Positions 28,424 to 38,550 of a DNA stretch of 64,000 bases are shown here, piece after piece. The DNA is from an uncultured virus (IMG/VR IMGVR_UViG_3300025771_000019). Its lineage: Duplodnaviria; Heunggongvirae; Uroviricota; Caudoviricetes. The notes under the pieces are model-generated. The model was not told the origin of the DNA. It was given only the letters and a program-made list of their open reading frames with translations, and ran no database searches. Position 1 is the stretch's first letter. The number at the start of each line of letters is the position of its first letter. Made by a program: the position numbers and the translations under genes. The stretch lies in IMG/VR virus record IMGVR_UViG_3300025771_000019. One strand, given 5' to 3'.

Positions 28424-29149
28424 TCATATTTTTTCACAACGGGGAAACAGTTTATAGCCACGCTTTGGCACGTGGAAGTAACCCATAATTGGAATTATAC
28501 CACGAGAATCGTTTTTTGTAAAGGAAAGACTTGAGCGAGCGCCGTTTCCGGATATCCAGTTTGTTGTCGTGTCTTCAAGGTTGACAAGAGAAATATGAAC
28601 ACCGGTGATATGGCAATCTTCATTAAGTTCAAAACGCTTAAGAAGATGCATAGATACTTTTTCACCAGAGTTAGCGTTGCCAGTCCACATGTTAAATTTA
28701 TCAAAAGCTTGAGACATGCAGTTTTTGTCTTCGATTTGAGTGTCACGAGTATTTCTGTAAACCCAGTCGTATCCATCACGTTCTTCAGCAAACATATTAA
28801 ATGTTTCAGAGTTTTTGATGAAGTCTTCCATGTTGTTGTTTATAAACACACCAAGCATTTTAGAAAGCTCAGCGGAGCGTTGACTCATATCAAATCCATT
28901 GAAATGATCTTTTGCCGTTTTACGAAAGCCTTTTGGGAACCATTCGTCAACGACATATCCGTTGAAATGTTCTACAAATTCTGGCATGATTCCACGAATA
29001 CCTTCGATAAGAGGAGTGTACTCGCCGTCGGCATTGAATGTTTCTTGACCAGATGTTTCTGCGATGTTGTCATCAGCATAATGTAATTGTGATTCTTGTG
29101 AAGCCAAGAAGTCGCCAGCAGTAGTAAATTTCATATCGCCCATAAACAT
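28424..29149 (-). CDS. Hypothetical protein, possible PD-(D/E)xK nuclease
   Basis: 241 aa; GYD...IEDK; own promoter (TTGACA at 29205-29210). Confidence 0.4.
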   Translation of the reverse strand: MFMGDMKFTTAGDFLASQESQLHYADDNIAETSGQETFNADGEYTPLIEGIRGIMPEFVEHFNGYVVDEWFPKGFRKTAKDHFNGFDMSQRSAELSKMLGVFINNNMEDFIKNSETFNMFAEERDGYDWVYRNTRDTQIEDKNCMSQAFDKFNMWTGNANSGEKVSMHLLKRFELNEDCHITGVHISLVNLEDTTTNWISGNGARSSLSFTKNDSRGIIPIMGYFHVPKRGYKLFPRCEKI

Positions 29150-29206
29150 TGTGTGTGTTCCTTTCTGTGTAACGATAATTCTATTATATCAGGATTAGAG
29201 AGAATG

Positions 29207-29488
29207 TCAACTATAATTGCGCACATAAACGTCAAAATGTGTCGCATTTTCTGCAGGAGTGTCCTTGGCCCAAGAATTCTCACGAGGACCACGAGGACGA
29301 ATACGAAGACCTTGCGTATTCTGTTTACCATAGTAACTCAAAGTGCCATATAGTTTACGAGCACGAGTGATGTATCCATTGCGCTCAACAAGCAAAGCTT
29401 TCAATTCAGCGATCGCAGGATCGTCAAGAGACTTTACCGTGAAACGATAATCAAGAGAAGTGCGGTTTTTGTAAGTTACGTATGCCAT
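29207..29488 (-). CDS. Hypothetical early protein
   Basis: RPRGPR...A..FDVY; AAGGA RBS. Confidence 0.6.
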   Translation of the reverse strand: MAYVTYKNRTSLDYRFTVKSLDDPAIAELKALLVERNGYITRARKLYGTLSYYGKQNTQGLRIRPRGPRENSWAKDTPAENATHFDVYVRNYS

Positions 29489-29621
29489 TATTTTGTGTCC
29501 TTATTCACGATGATGTAAACTGTTGGCTCGTCGAGCTTAGAGCCGATAAAGGCTTTTGCATCTTCTAAGCGAGAGCACATAGCGATGATCTGGTTGTTTG
29601 CTGCATTTTGAATATAGTACA

Positions 29622-29936
29622 TTAGAGTACCTCCTGTGGAGATACTCTCTTAGCACTAGAGACGAGGAAGTCACGATAATCATCGTCCAACTCTGCGAGT
29701 TCATTTTCCCACTCGTCGTGAGTGCGGAACGTGACAGGAAACTCTTTGAAATACAGATTATTCTGCATGCATAGAGCACCAACGAAAGCAACGGCATCTT
29801 GAATACGCTCAAGACCGCTGACGATGTAGTCAGCTCCGCCCTTCATCTTCCAGTAGGCGTTACCATCCGAAAACTTACCAGACTCACAGTGAGCACCATA
29901 GTTTTCAAGACACTGAGTAGAGATTACATATTTCAT
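29622..29936 (-). CDS. Hypothetical early protein (TQ..ENYGAH...YWK.KGG)
   Basis: AGGAGG RBS and early promoter upstream. Confidence 0.75.
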   Translation of the reverse strand: MKYVISTQCLENYGAHCESGKFSDGNAYWKMKGGADYIVSGLERIQDAVAFVGALCMQNNLYFKEFPVTFRTHDEWENELAELDDDYRDFLVSSAKRVSPQEVL

Positions 29937-29964
29937 AGGTGGTTCCTCCTTTTCCTATAATAGT

Positions 29965-29996
29965 AATATAGTACATTTGCTAGCAAATGTCAACCC
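29965..29996 (-). promoter_or_regulatory. Early sigma70-like promoter
   Basis: GGGTTGACA-N17-TATATT. Confidence 0.85.
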
Positions 29997-30007
29997 TTTT
30001 TTTCATT

Positions 30008-30208
30008 TTATTTGAAAAAAGTTTCAACTACTTGATTTTCTTTCATCAAGGTAACGACCCTAGAATTGCTATGCCTACCTCTAACATGAACTTGAAACCA
30101 TTCCCTAGCTTCTTTTTCAGTTTCGCATATGACAGCACAGTACTCAGGCAATTCACTCTCGACTGCTTGGCACATAGTGCTAAATTGTGTTGTTACTGTC
30201 CAAGTCAT
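30008..30208 (-). CDS. Hypothetical early protein
   Basis: ORF in early cassette, GGAG RBS. Confidence 0.55.
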   Translation of the reverse strand: MTWTVTTQFSTMCQAVESELPEYCAVICETEKEAREWFQVHVRGRHSNSRVVTLMKENQVVETFFK

Positions 30209-30212
30209 AGTA

Positions 30213-30518
30213 TTACTCCACGGTTACGTGTACATCATGACGGCTATGGCCATCAACGACAAATCCTGGAGAACAGGGGCAAGAGCAGCCTGCATATTGG
30301 CTCCAACGAACCTTGGTATCAGCAGGTAAACCCATTGCTTCCAAGACGCCAGGAATAACTTCTTTTTTGTAAACAGTATGTTCACGTTGCTTACGGTTCA
30401 TCAAGTTTTCCATGATGGTCTCACCCTGTGGCCAAACATAGATGCGAGTTTGCTTAGAGTACTCTCTCCAAGATACCATTGGACCACGTTCACGGATATC
30501 GATATCAGTCGTTTTCAT
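30213..30518 (-). CDS. Hypothetical early protein (WSQYAGCSCPCSPGF)
   Basis: Motif recurring in T4-like phages; GGAGG RBS. Confidence 0.7.
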   Translation of the reverse strand: MKTTDIDIRERGPMVSWREYSKQTRIYVWPQGETIMENLMNRKQREHTVYKKEVIPGVLEAMGLPADTKVRWSQYAGCSCPCSPGFVVDGHSRHDVHVTVE

Positions 30519-30847
30519 TACACCGCCTCCTTTTCAATAAAGCCAAAACCTAAAACTTCATATTCAACACCGTCAACTTCCATACGATCAAACATTGAAG
30601 TTGAACGAAGACCGTAACCACCCTCATGAAGAGGAGCCAAACGAGTAACGTTTGGATTGTAGTCACCGTTATCTTCGATGTCTGTACGGCTCCAAGAACC
30701 CATTACGTTGTTAGTCCAACGGTAAGCATACTCAAGAGCATCCATTACATTGTCGAAACCTTCAGCAAGAACTTCTGCTACTGGAGTGAAACCTTCAACG
30801 TCACCAGAGATTTCGTTGCGGTCCATGTGCTTAACGATGATTTTCAT
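30518..30847 (-). CDS. Hypothetical early protein
   Basis: LEYAYRWTNN..GSWS, GLRSTS..D. Confidence 0.7.
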   Translation of the reverse strand: MKIIVKHMDRNEISGDVEGFTPVAEVLAEGFDNVMDALEYAYRWTNNVMGSWSRTDIEDNGDYNPNVTRLAPLHEGGYGLRSTSMFDRMEVDGVEYEVLGFGFIEKEAV

Positions 30848-30876
30848 GTTGTTTCCTTTTCATTCCTTATAATAGT

Positions 30877-30908
30877 AATATAGTACTTTCGAAGGCAAAT
30901 GTCAACCC
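30877..30908 (-). promoter_or_regulatory. Early sigma70-like promoter
   Basis: GGGTTGACA-N17-TATATT. Confidence 0.85.
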
Positions 30909-31004
30909 TTTTTCGCACTTTTTTTCAAATAAAATGAAAAAAGATTCGTATGGAAATCAATGGCTTATAATTTTTTTACAATTTTTTCACATGTCAATAG
31001 CTTT

Positions 31005-31012
31005 TATAAATA
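31005..31012 (+). promoter_or_regulatory. T4-type late promoter
   Basis: TATAAATA 26 nt upstream of the nitroreductase start. Confidence 0.8.
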
Positions 31013-31038
31013 AATTGTAGCCAAAGAAAGGAATACGT

Positions 31039-31665
31039 ATGGAAAACTCTGCTATAATTAAAGCTGTAATCCGCAGTCAACATTGCCAACGTAACTTTGA
31101 TCTGAATAAAACAATCCCAGAAGAAGATATGAAGTTATTGGAAACAGCGATTACAGAATGCCCAAGCAAACAAAATTTTGCTTTTTACAAAGCTAATTTT
31201 ATTACAGATAGAAAAACTATTGAAGCAATTCATGAAAACACTGAAGGCTTTGGCGTTTTAGCAAATCCTGATGAACCTTATTCAAAAGATAATGTCAAAT
31301 GGACAACAAATTCTCAAACTCTTGCAAACTTGTTAGTTGTAATGGAATATGTTAAACCATCTGAGTCTCAAGAATGGAGAAACAGCGAATTTGGCGATCC
31401 TTGGAAAAGAGATGCTGATATGGCTGTAGGTATTGCCGCAGGTTATTTAAATGTTATTTCATCGATGAAAGGCTATAGAACTGGTTGTTGTGCGTGTTTT
31501 AATAACGAAGCAGTAAAGAAAGTTTTAAATACTAAAAACGATATTGCACTAATGATGGGAATTGGATTTAAAGACGAAACAAGACCAAGAAGAGAACACC
31601 ATTCAGATCCAGACTTTGTATTCCCAACAAAAGCAAAAGAAAAAATTGAGGTAGCTTATATTTAA
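31039..31665 (+). CDS. Nitroreductase-family protein
   Basis: QRNFD..K.IP, PSKQN, AVGIAAGYL...GY.TGCC, MGIG. Confidence 0.8.
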   Translation: MENSAIIKAVIRSQHCQRNFDLNKTIPEEDMKLLETAITECPSKQNFAFYKANFITDRKTIEAIHENTEGFGVLANPDEPYSKDNVKWTTNSQTLANLLVVMEYVKPSESQEWRNSEFGDPWKRDADMAVGIAAGYLNVISSMKGYRTGCCACFNNEAVKKVLNTKNDIALMMGIGFKDETRPRREHHSDPDFVFPTKAKEKIEVAYI

Positions 31666-31668
31666 ATT

Positions 31669-32361
31669 ATGATACATCCGCGAAATGAGAGTACCAATCG
31701 GTACCCACTATTTAATGAATTGATACCTGAATATACAAAAGACTCTAAGTTGCTAGACTACGGTGGCAGCTCTGGTAACCTTTTATATTTTTCAAACGGT
31801 TCTATCAACGAGAGTACATACACTTGCGTTGATGTTACAGAAGAATCTATCGCAGCAGGACAATACGAGTTTCCTAAAGCAGAGTTTGTTCATCTAAACA
31901 AATACAATGAAATGTATAATCATGATGGAACAAACGATCCCTACGTTTATCCAGTAATGACTCATAAAGATTTCATATGGGCGTATTCAGTTTTTAGCCA
32001 CACGGTTTTAGAAGATATCGTATCTGCTCTTTGGTGGTTTAAATCTTTAAATCCAAAAAAGGTTGTCGTATCGTATCTGTGTAACGACGGTGATGAAAAT
32101 TCTCAGAAGGTATTACAATACTTTTATGATAGAAGAATAGATCAATTCGGCTCAACTGTAGATTTTCGTTCCAACCTAGACGATTACTTTTATCTATCAG
32201 ACAATGAATATGGTGTAAAGTCAGCAGAAACTTTTATTGCTGTGTACAATACCGAATGGCTAATAAATAAGTTATACGAAAAGGGAATAATAGCAAGAAA
32301 GATTACGTCTACTCTTACTTCTATTCCATTTTTAGAGGTTGAATATGAAAATTCTTATTAA
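31669..32361 (+). CDS. Class I SAM-dependent methyltransferase
   Basis: LLDYGGSSG, CVDV, AYSVFSH. Confidence 0.75.
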   Translation: MIHPRNESTNRYPLFNELIPEYTKDSKLLDYGGSSGNLLYFSNGSINESTYTCVDVTEESIAAGQYEFPKAEFVHLNKYNEMYNHDGTNDPYVYPVMTHKDFIWAYSVFSHTVLEDIVSALWWFKSLNPKKVVVSYLCNDGDENSQKVLQYFYDRRIDQFGSTVDFRSNLDDYFYLSDNEYGVKSAETFIAVYNTEWLINKLYEKGIIARKITSTLTSIPFLEVEYENSY

Positions 32362-32791
32362 TAGAATACTCAAAGAACTTGAAGCTTTGCCGCCGTATGA
32401 TTATCAAATTGCTCTTCAAGGTGTGCAAGGGCAAACTGACCCATTCTATGGCATTGGAAAGCTCGCAGGTTTGCAGCATAAAGAGCCCGATTTCATACAC
32501 CCTATTTTTCCTGAATTGAAGTATACAAATAAAGTATTGTTTGATCTAGGAATGTGTAGAAGTAGATTAATGTTGCTGAAACCGTCTTCATGTTATTCAT
32601 ATCATAAGGATGCTTCAGAAAGAATTCATATTCCTTTAATTACAAATGAAAATTGTTTTATGGTAATAGAAGATGAAGTGATAAGATATCCCGCGGATGG
32701 TTCACATTATTTAATAAATACAACTAAGATGCATACTGCGATAAACGCGTCAAAAGAAGATCGACTGCACATTGTTGGATGTGTATATTAG
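32345..32791 (+). CDS. 2OG-Fe(II) oxygenase (aspartyl/asparaginyl beta-hydroxylase-like)
   Basis: YSYHKD, RIHIPLITN, HTAIN...DRLHIV. Confidence 0.75.
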   Translation: MKILINRILKELEALPPYDYQIALQGVQGQTDPFYGIGKLAGLQHKEPDFIHPIFPELKYTNKVLFDLGMCRSRLMLLKPSSCYSYHKDASERIHIPLITNENCFMVIEDEVIRYPADGSHYLINTTKMHTAINASKEDRLHIVGCVY

Positions 32792-32800
32792 GAGAAAGTA

Positions 32801-33109
32801 ATGCCTGTAATTTATAACGTAGTTCATACAAGACCAAACACGAGTGCTGCTTGGATTGCTGATGAAGATCCAGATTTCATCTCAGATTTTCAGGCTAAAA
32901 CAAACGAGTATATCGCGTCAGGTCATATTGTAAGCTTTACACACTCACATCCAAACGATCTAGAGCATCATGCCACTCTTACGATTACAGATGAAGCAGC
33001 AGACGCTGTTATCCTGGCCGATGCTTCTTGGAGATATTTTGGTGATACTATCCATGATAATTATCAACCAAAAGGAATTACCACTGTTCAAACTAGAACA
33101 GTAGAATAA
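32801..33109 (+). CDS. Hypothetical protein
   Basis: AGGAG RBS; 102 aa. Confidence 0.65.
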   Translation: MPVIYNVVHTRPNTSAAWIADEDPDFISDFQAKTNEYIASGHIVSFTHSHPNDLEHHATLTITDEAADAVILADASWRYFGDTIHDNYQPKGITTVQTRTVE

Positions 33110-33942
33110 GGATAGCTCTCATAAACATTGCCGTAATCTAACGCAATTCTATGAAGAACTCTTTCTTCCATTCTATCAAATTCCCATCTCTTATGAATGC
33201 TCATCCATTGATCTGATAAAATAATTTGTCCATCCACCCAATCATGGTGGTAAGCATATGATTCATCTTTTAAAATTTGGTGAACTAATTCTGAGTGTAC
33301 TTCTTGAAACTCATCTTCGTTTAAACCGTCCATACCGAATACCTGATAAAACGGATAATATAATCCAGTAATTCCAGCTTCTGTAGTCATGACTAGATCA
33401 AAAAGATTTTCTTTGTTCACATGATCGTGGAACCAAGGCGTGGTACTATATCTTCCTTTCTCATATCCAAAATAGCACTTTAAATTTGCAATCGATTTTT
33501 GCAGGTTTTCTGACATGCCTTCATAGACCTTTGCCATATTAATAAAGCTTGTTCTAGAGCCTTCCATGTGTTCTGCACCATACATCCAAACAATAGGCTG
33601 TCTTGCTTTATTACTTGCCATATTGGCATGCCATTCTAAAGCGCTCGCGTGGCCAAATAATCCTGGCTCGCCTTTATCATCTTTCTTACCTGTAACTCTG
33701 ATAACACCTTCATGCAAATAAATGCTATGTGTTCTTTTCTTATCTTTTGCTTTCATTACATTGCCAATCACCTCTGCAATACGCAGCTGTTCTGCTGGTT
33801 CTATAAATTCTGGCTCAGGAAAAACAACGACAGTTTGTTTTGAGAGTAGTCGAGCTACTTCAATTATCTCATCATCAGTTAGAGACGTAATAGGGTTATG
33901 AACTCGTAAAGTCCAGCCGTTATCATCAAAACTTATTTCCAT
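33088..33942 (-). CDS. TauD/TfdA-family dioxygenase
   Basis: LEWHAN, G.RTSFIN, HHDWVDG.IILSDQ...HKR, RVLHR. Confidence 0.85.
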   Translation of the reverse strand: MEISFDDNGWTLRVHNPITSLTDDEIIEVARLLSKQTVVVFPEPEFIEPAEQLRIAEVIGNVMKAKDKKRTHSIYLHEGVIRVTGKKDDKGEPGLFGHASALEWHANMASNKARQPIVWMYGAEHMEGSRTSFINMAKVYEGMSENLQKSIANLKCYFGYEKGRYSTTPWFHDHVNKENLFDLVMTTEAGITGLYYPFYQVFGMDGLNEDEFQEVHSELVHQILKDESYAYHHDWVDGQIILSDQWMSIHKRWEFDRMEERVLHRIALDYGNVYESYPYSTVLV

Positions 33943-34475
33943 TAGATGTTCATTTCTGTATATGGAAAATCATGTACTGCCAATCTAAACAGCAAACGAT
34001 CTTCTGTTGGCTCTTCTACCCAATGAACTTTCTTCGTGTTTAGAATAAACATATTGTTGTACACTACTCGCACCTCGCCATCATCATCTTTAATTCCAAG
34101 CGCGCCAGTATTTTTAGATAGTGGCATAAGGAAAGCAATCTCAGAATGTACATCAGCATGAGGAGGCATGCTACCACCTTCCTCTACTAAAAAGAAATCG
34201 AGTCTAAAATCTTTTGTTCTAATACCATATTTTTTGAATTGAGATAGAACAAACCTTCTGAGTTTCATGTCATGCATTTCTGGCGGAATGTGCTTTACAT
34301 AAAACCGTTTCATCAGTTCTCCGCCTGTACATTCTGGAATCTTTTCTCCATAATGCTCAAACGATTCTACCCAGTCTAATTTATCATAATATTCTTGGAA
34401 AAATTCCATTCCAAGATTTACGTCTGTTTGTATTCCATATTGTTTCATTCTTCCCTCCAAGCTATATACTGCCAA
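33942..34475 (-). CDS. 2OG-Fe(II) oxygenase-like (DSBH) protein
   Basis: PPHAD...VHWV...DRLL; true start may be the downstream Met. Confidence 0.6.
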   Translation of the reverse strand: MAVYSLEGRMKQYGIQTDVNLGMEFFQEYYDKLDWVESFEHYGEKIPECTGGELMKRFYVKHIPPEMHDMKLRRFVLSQFKKYGIRTKDFRLDFFLVEEGGSMPPHADVHSEIAFLMPLSKNTGALGIKDDDGEVRVVYNNMFILNTKKVHWVEEPTEDRLLFRLAVHDFPYTEMNI

Positions 34476-34978
34476 GAGTTCGGCACTGTTTCATACAGTT
34501 CAGCAGTAAGCTTCCATTTATTTGTGCTCTTTTTATTTATTGCTCCAACAAATCTTTTAAAATAATTTGCTTGCCTTTTTTCTCTAGAAATAATAGCGTT
34601 CTTTTCTACAAGCAAAGATTGGTGTTCAAGCATTGCTTGAATAGTTGGTCTTAAAAGTTCACGAGTAAACTGAACTCTATTGTCTGGTGTTTGATATAAC
34701 CGCGACAAAATTCTAGAACCTAGTTCAATATCTTGGACGCCCGAGAAGCCAACTATCCTGCCTTCTCTTCTCATTATAGATATCGTATGCAAATTTTCAA
34801 TCTGTTCTATTTTATAATTATCGATCAAATAATGATCGTCTTTTACAGCATGCATACATGCCTCTATCTCAACGAGATCATAGTCAGTTGTTTTTCTTGT
34901 CCACACTTCTGCTGGTCGAGTATCATTTGCAGTAGGCATAGGCGTGTATAGCCAATCATCTATTTTCTGTATAAGCAA
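34445..34978 (-). CDS. Hypothetical protein, possibly GNAT-like
   Basis: IVGFSG...RILSRLY; weak resemblance only. Confidence 0.4.
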   Translation of the reverse strand: MLIQKIDDWLYTPMPTANDTRPAEVWTRKTTDYDLVEIEACMHAVKDDHYLIDNYKIEQIENLHTISIMRREGRIVGFSGVQDIELGSRILSRLYQTPDNRVQFTRELLRPTIQAMLEHQSLLVEKNAIISREKRQANYFKRFVGAINKKSTNKWKLTAELYETVPNSWQYIAWREE

Positions 34979-35607
34979 TGCTGTGTACTCTCTATTCCGG
35001 TTTCATAATCTGTTGGTATCACTTCGCCAAACTGCTTCATATAGTCGGTGTGATGCGCAACTAAAAAATACCAAATATTATTCATACGTGGTATATCTTC
35101 CAAGCCTTCATACACCATTACGTCTTCTGGTGTTGCAACAACATAGGCATATTCTTTATTATAAACCTGATCAAAAACGTCGGGTCTATCTTTTAATCTA
35201 TAGTTGAGTGCTCGCCTTAACATAGTCTCGTCATCTGTGGGAATGAATGTTGAGTACAATGGTGATTGAATTTTTTGAATATATCTTTTCATTTCAGATA
35301 TAGTCATATGCGTAAAGATTGAAAACATTAATGTTACATCGGCAGGCAGATCTAATTCTTCATCTTTACCATTTCTCCAATATTGATGATTGTAAGCATC
35401 TAGGTGGTGCCATTCATGTTCTGGCCAAATATGTCGATTTTCTTCTATAAGTTCCCAATCAACATCAACGCCCACGTACTCAAAATCACATGGCTGATAC
35501 TTAAGCATGTTTCCATGATTGCATCCCCAGTCAACTACGCGCTTTCCTTTTAATGGAACTATACGCTCAAAATATTTTCTTACATCATACTCAAGATAAA
35601 TTTTCAT
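34960..35607 (-). CDS. Class I SAM-dependent methyltransferase
   Basis: VVDWGCNHG, YVGVDVD, FSIFTH; shares motifs with 31669..32361. Confidence 0.75.
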   Translation of the reverse strand: MKIYLEYDVRKYFERIVPLKGKRVVDWGCNHGNMLKYQPCDFEYVGVDVDWELIEENRHIWPEHEWHHLDAYNHQYWRNGKDEELDLPADVTLMFSIFTHMTISEMKRYIQKIQSPLYSTFIPTDDETMLRRALNYRLKDRPDVFDQVYNKEYAYVVATPEDVMVYEGLEDIPRMNNIWYFLVAHHTDYMKQFGEVIPTDYETGIESTQHCLYRK

Positions 35608-36215
35608 TTTGGTGTTTCGAATTTTATCCTAGGTTCTGGGTTTAAATATTTCTCATAAAATTCTCTATAAGATACACTGATATTAAACTGCAAATTTACT
35701 CTGTCGTCATGTCTTTGATTAAACACTGCATGTGGTTGTCTACAGTTCCAAGCCCAGGCTGAGCCGGCCTCAGTCTTTCCTATAGAATAAATTGTTTCAT
35801 CTGAATATATTTCAAGAGGAGTGTATACTTCATCCTCATAACACATAGGCGCAATAATACTGCTTGCTCTTACTGGGTCGCAATGAGGTAGGACGTCAGC
35901 TCCACCGTCTATCTTAAGAAATAAACACCCGTATATCTCATCGTATTTTTCTACGATTTCAAGAGCCCACGGATGAGTGACATACGCAAAGTTAAAAGCA
36001 AAGTACGGCTCATATGTGGCAGACTTTGCTTCTTGTAATATTTCGCTATAAACATCTGGAGGAATATCGCAAAACTTTGCGGCCAGTGTCCACGGATAAT
36101 TCTTTCTTCCGTGGTGTGGGCTAGATCTCATTGCATATTGATCTCTTTCACCTACTCGGCTATCATAGCCTTTCATGTCTTTTATTTTACGATCATTTGT
36201 CTTTTCATCAACCAT
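35604..36215 (-). CDS. 2OG-Fe(II) oxygenase-like protein
   Basis: LPHCD...PHAVFN...DRVNLQ. Confidence 0.65.
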   Translation of the reverse strand: MVDEKTNDRKIKDMKGYDSRVGERDQYAMRSSPHHGRKNYPWTLAAKFCDIPPDVYSEILQEAKSATYEPYFAFNFAYVTHPWALEIVEKYDEIYGCLFLKIDGGADVLPHCDPVRASSIIAPMCYEDEVYTPLEIYSDETIYSIGKTEAGSAWAWNCRQPHAVFNQRHDDRVNLQFNISVSYREFYEKYLNPEPRIKFETPK

Positions 36216-36817
36216 TCTAATACAGCTCCAGTTTGATCGAAACGATGGAATCTCAAATTCTTTCCTTTATGATGTTCAGCATGATACCCTTCGCCAGCTG
36301 TCATCACATTAATTGCTGGAACATTACGAGACTTGCCGCCTATGTGACAAACGCCGTTTACGAGACCAAAGCCAATTAGAGCGCATACCGAAGGAATTAC
36401 TGTATAAGCTACAAGCACCTGCCAGCTGATTGCTAAAGCAATTAATGCCTGGGCACCCCAGATGATATGCCAGTACTTATGAAAGAAAAGAATACGAGGA
36501 TTCACATACAAATCTTTTACATATTTTGGTGGAATATGATCTACTCGCCATATTCCGAATAGAACCTTCCAAAATCCTACCTTTAATGGAGAATGCGGAT
36601 CAAGTTCTGTATCTGAGTGATGGTGATGCATGCGATGTACACCAATCCATCCAATAGGACTTCTTAATCCTATCAGGTTAGTTGTCCATAGAACAAATAT
36701 CTCATAAAGCCAGTGCGCCTTAAACGCTTTATGAGCAAAATATCGATGCAATCCTGCTGATACTGAAACATGGGCTATAAGAAGATACCACAAAAAGCCC
36801 CAGACTAAAAATTCCAC
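36182..36817 (-). CDS. Fatty acid desaturase (delta-9 type)
   Basis: His boxes HRYFAH, HRMHHHHSDT..DPHSP, GEGYHAEHH; TM segments. Confidence 0.92.
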   Translation of the reverse strand: MEFLVWGFLWYLLIAHVSVSAGLHRYFAHKAFKAHWLYEIFVLWTTNLIGLRSPIGWIGVHRMHHHHSDTELDPHSPLKVGFWKVLFGIWRVDHIPPKYVKDLYVNPRILFFHKYWHIIWGAQALIALAISWQVLVAYTVIPSVCALIGFGLVNGVCHIGGKSRNVPAINVMTAGEGYHAEHHKGKNLRFHRFDQTGAVLEWLMKRQMIVK

Positions 36818-36840
36818 TTCATATATCCTCCTGTTTATTG

Positions 36841-38550
36841 CTATTTATCAAAGACTAACCCAAAATTCTTACTGATAAAATGAGTCATTACTGTGTTTTC
36901 TCTTTTCACGATGTCCCACAGTCTTGTACTAGAAACGTCCCATTGTGCGGTACCCTTCTTAAACGATCTAGGATCATTGACATCATGCTTGTTATGCCAC
37001 ATCTCGCATAAACTCTCGACGGGCACCTGATTCTTTTCTACCTTATAGGACATAATTGTTTCATTATCATATCCAAACGCAGCTTGAATCTGCGGTGGAT
37101 AGATTGAAAACTCTTTAAGCTCTTTCATCTTTGCAATCACTTCTTCTATATCACTAAAATAATCAAGCTGCGCCATGATAGGCCTAGAAGCCATCATAAT
37201 TCCCGTATTAAAAATATCGTTACCTGGTTCTAGATCTTCATCTTGTAATAAAGCGTGCGCATTCCAATATTTGCTTTGAGGGGATCTAAAATCATAGTGG
37301 TAATTTTTAAAATAGTTTGGTTTGTTTGGAAATACTTCAGCCTCTTCTTTTGTTGTTTTATTACAACAAAGAGCCACCTCTGCTTTCAAATAATTAAACG
37401 CGTCTACATGACTATGGAAGTATACGTCGTAATCAATATATAGAACTAGATCGTAATCGTGTGTAAGCTTGTCAAGCAACCAAACTTTGTATAGATTAAT
37501 TATATCATATACTGAAAGATCTGTAAACCTTTTTGCGAACTCAATATACTGATCATCATGCCCAAACTCGATGTAATCCGCGCCTATGGCCTTTGCATAC
37601 TCTGCGTGATTTTGATGCAACTGTTCTTTGTATTGGGCTAAACGCTCTTTTGTTCTTTTACTTTTATTTACAGGATCATCTTCATGTCCTCTTGGATTAT
37701 CAAGCTTGTCGTCTGGTATTTCAATATAGATTGAATACACGCATTTTGTTTTATCATTAAAATAAGCATTAAACTTTTTGTTTACAAAATGAGCTATCTT
37801 GATCTTATTCCAATCTGGTATGACAGGATCTCGGCTTAAAATCCAATTCCATTCTTTATCCATTATAACATAAGGTACCTTATATTTTTCCATAATATAA
37901 GAAAAGATGCTCTCATTGTTTGGATAATAGTAAGCTCTTAGAAAATGAGCGTCGTCTCTATATACGTTGCCATCCTTAATATTTTTAATAAGATCTGCGG
38001 CTTCAATCATACGCTCTGAATATTTTATTTCTTTAATATGCTCTGATTTAGCAATCATGATTCCAGTATTCATCACGTGATTATCTTGACCATCCAACAT
38101 GTCTTTTGTAATATGGTACTTAATCGTAGGACTGCGTTGACCAACCATCTCAAATAAAATACTCTCGAGCTCTTTATTCTTAATATCCTCATCTTGATCT
38201 ATTATATGAATGCCTTTGCTTAGATCTAATTCTTCAAACACATTTTCATTCGTATTGAAGATTACATCCATATCTACATACATCACCTCGTCATATTTTT
38301 CTGCAAGCTGAGCAAATAATACATGCTTATATAGATTCGCCTTCGTGAATTCATTATCGCCGATATCCATATCATCCATCTGATTGTGATAGAATATCCA
38401 ATCCACTCCAATCTTTTCGGCATAATCCTTTTTATTTTGGATCAACCTGTCAAAGTATTCAGAAATCATATGCTGAGCATGATCCGCCACTTGCCATCTA
38501 TCTTTTGGTATGTCAATATTGTCGTATGTTGTAAAGATTACTCTCTTCAT
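36841..38550 (-). CDS. Glycosyltransferase with two tandem GT-A-like domains
   Basis: Duplicated YD.VMYVDMDV / YDLVLYIDYDV, NTGIM (x2), NE.I.SY (x2), HF (x2). Confidence 0.7.
   Translation of the reverse strand: MKRVIFTTYDNIDIPKDRWQVADHAQHMISEYFDRLIQNKKDYAEKIGVDWIFYHNQMDDMDIGDNEFTKANLYKHVLFAQLAEKYDEVMYVDMDVIFNTNENVFEELDLSKGIHIIDQDEDIKNKELESILFEMVGQRSPTIKYHITKDMLDGQDNHVMNTGIMIAKSEHIKEIKYSERMIEAADLIKNIKDGNVYRDDAHFLRAYYYPNNESIFSYIMEKYKVPYVIMDKEWNWILSRDPVIPDWNKIKIAHFVNKKFNAYFNDKTKCVYSIYIEIPDDKLDNPRGHEDDPVNKSKRTKERLAQYKEQLHQNHAEYAKAIGADYIEFGHDDQYIEFAKRFTDLSVYDIINLYKVWLLDKLTHDYDLVLYIDYDVYFHSHVDAFNYLKAEVALCCNKTTKEEAEVFPNKPNYFKNYHYDFRSPQSKYWNAHALLQDEDLEPGNDIFNTGIMMASRPIMAQLDYFSDIEEVIAKMKELKEFSIYPPQIQAAFGYDNETIMSYKVEKNQVPVESLCEMWHNKHDVNDPRSFKKGTAQWDVSSTRLWDIVKRENTVMTHFISKNFGLVFDK

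Noticed and set aside
29955..30910. Repeated AATAGTAATATAGTAC...ATGTCAACCC as CRISPR or transposon repeats
   Set aside because: Spacing is irregular and gene-sized; the repeats resolve into -35/-10 promoter boxes; no cas or transposase genes are present.
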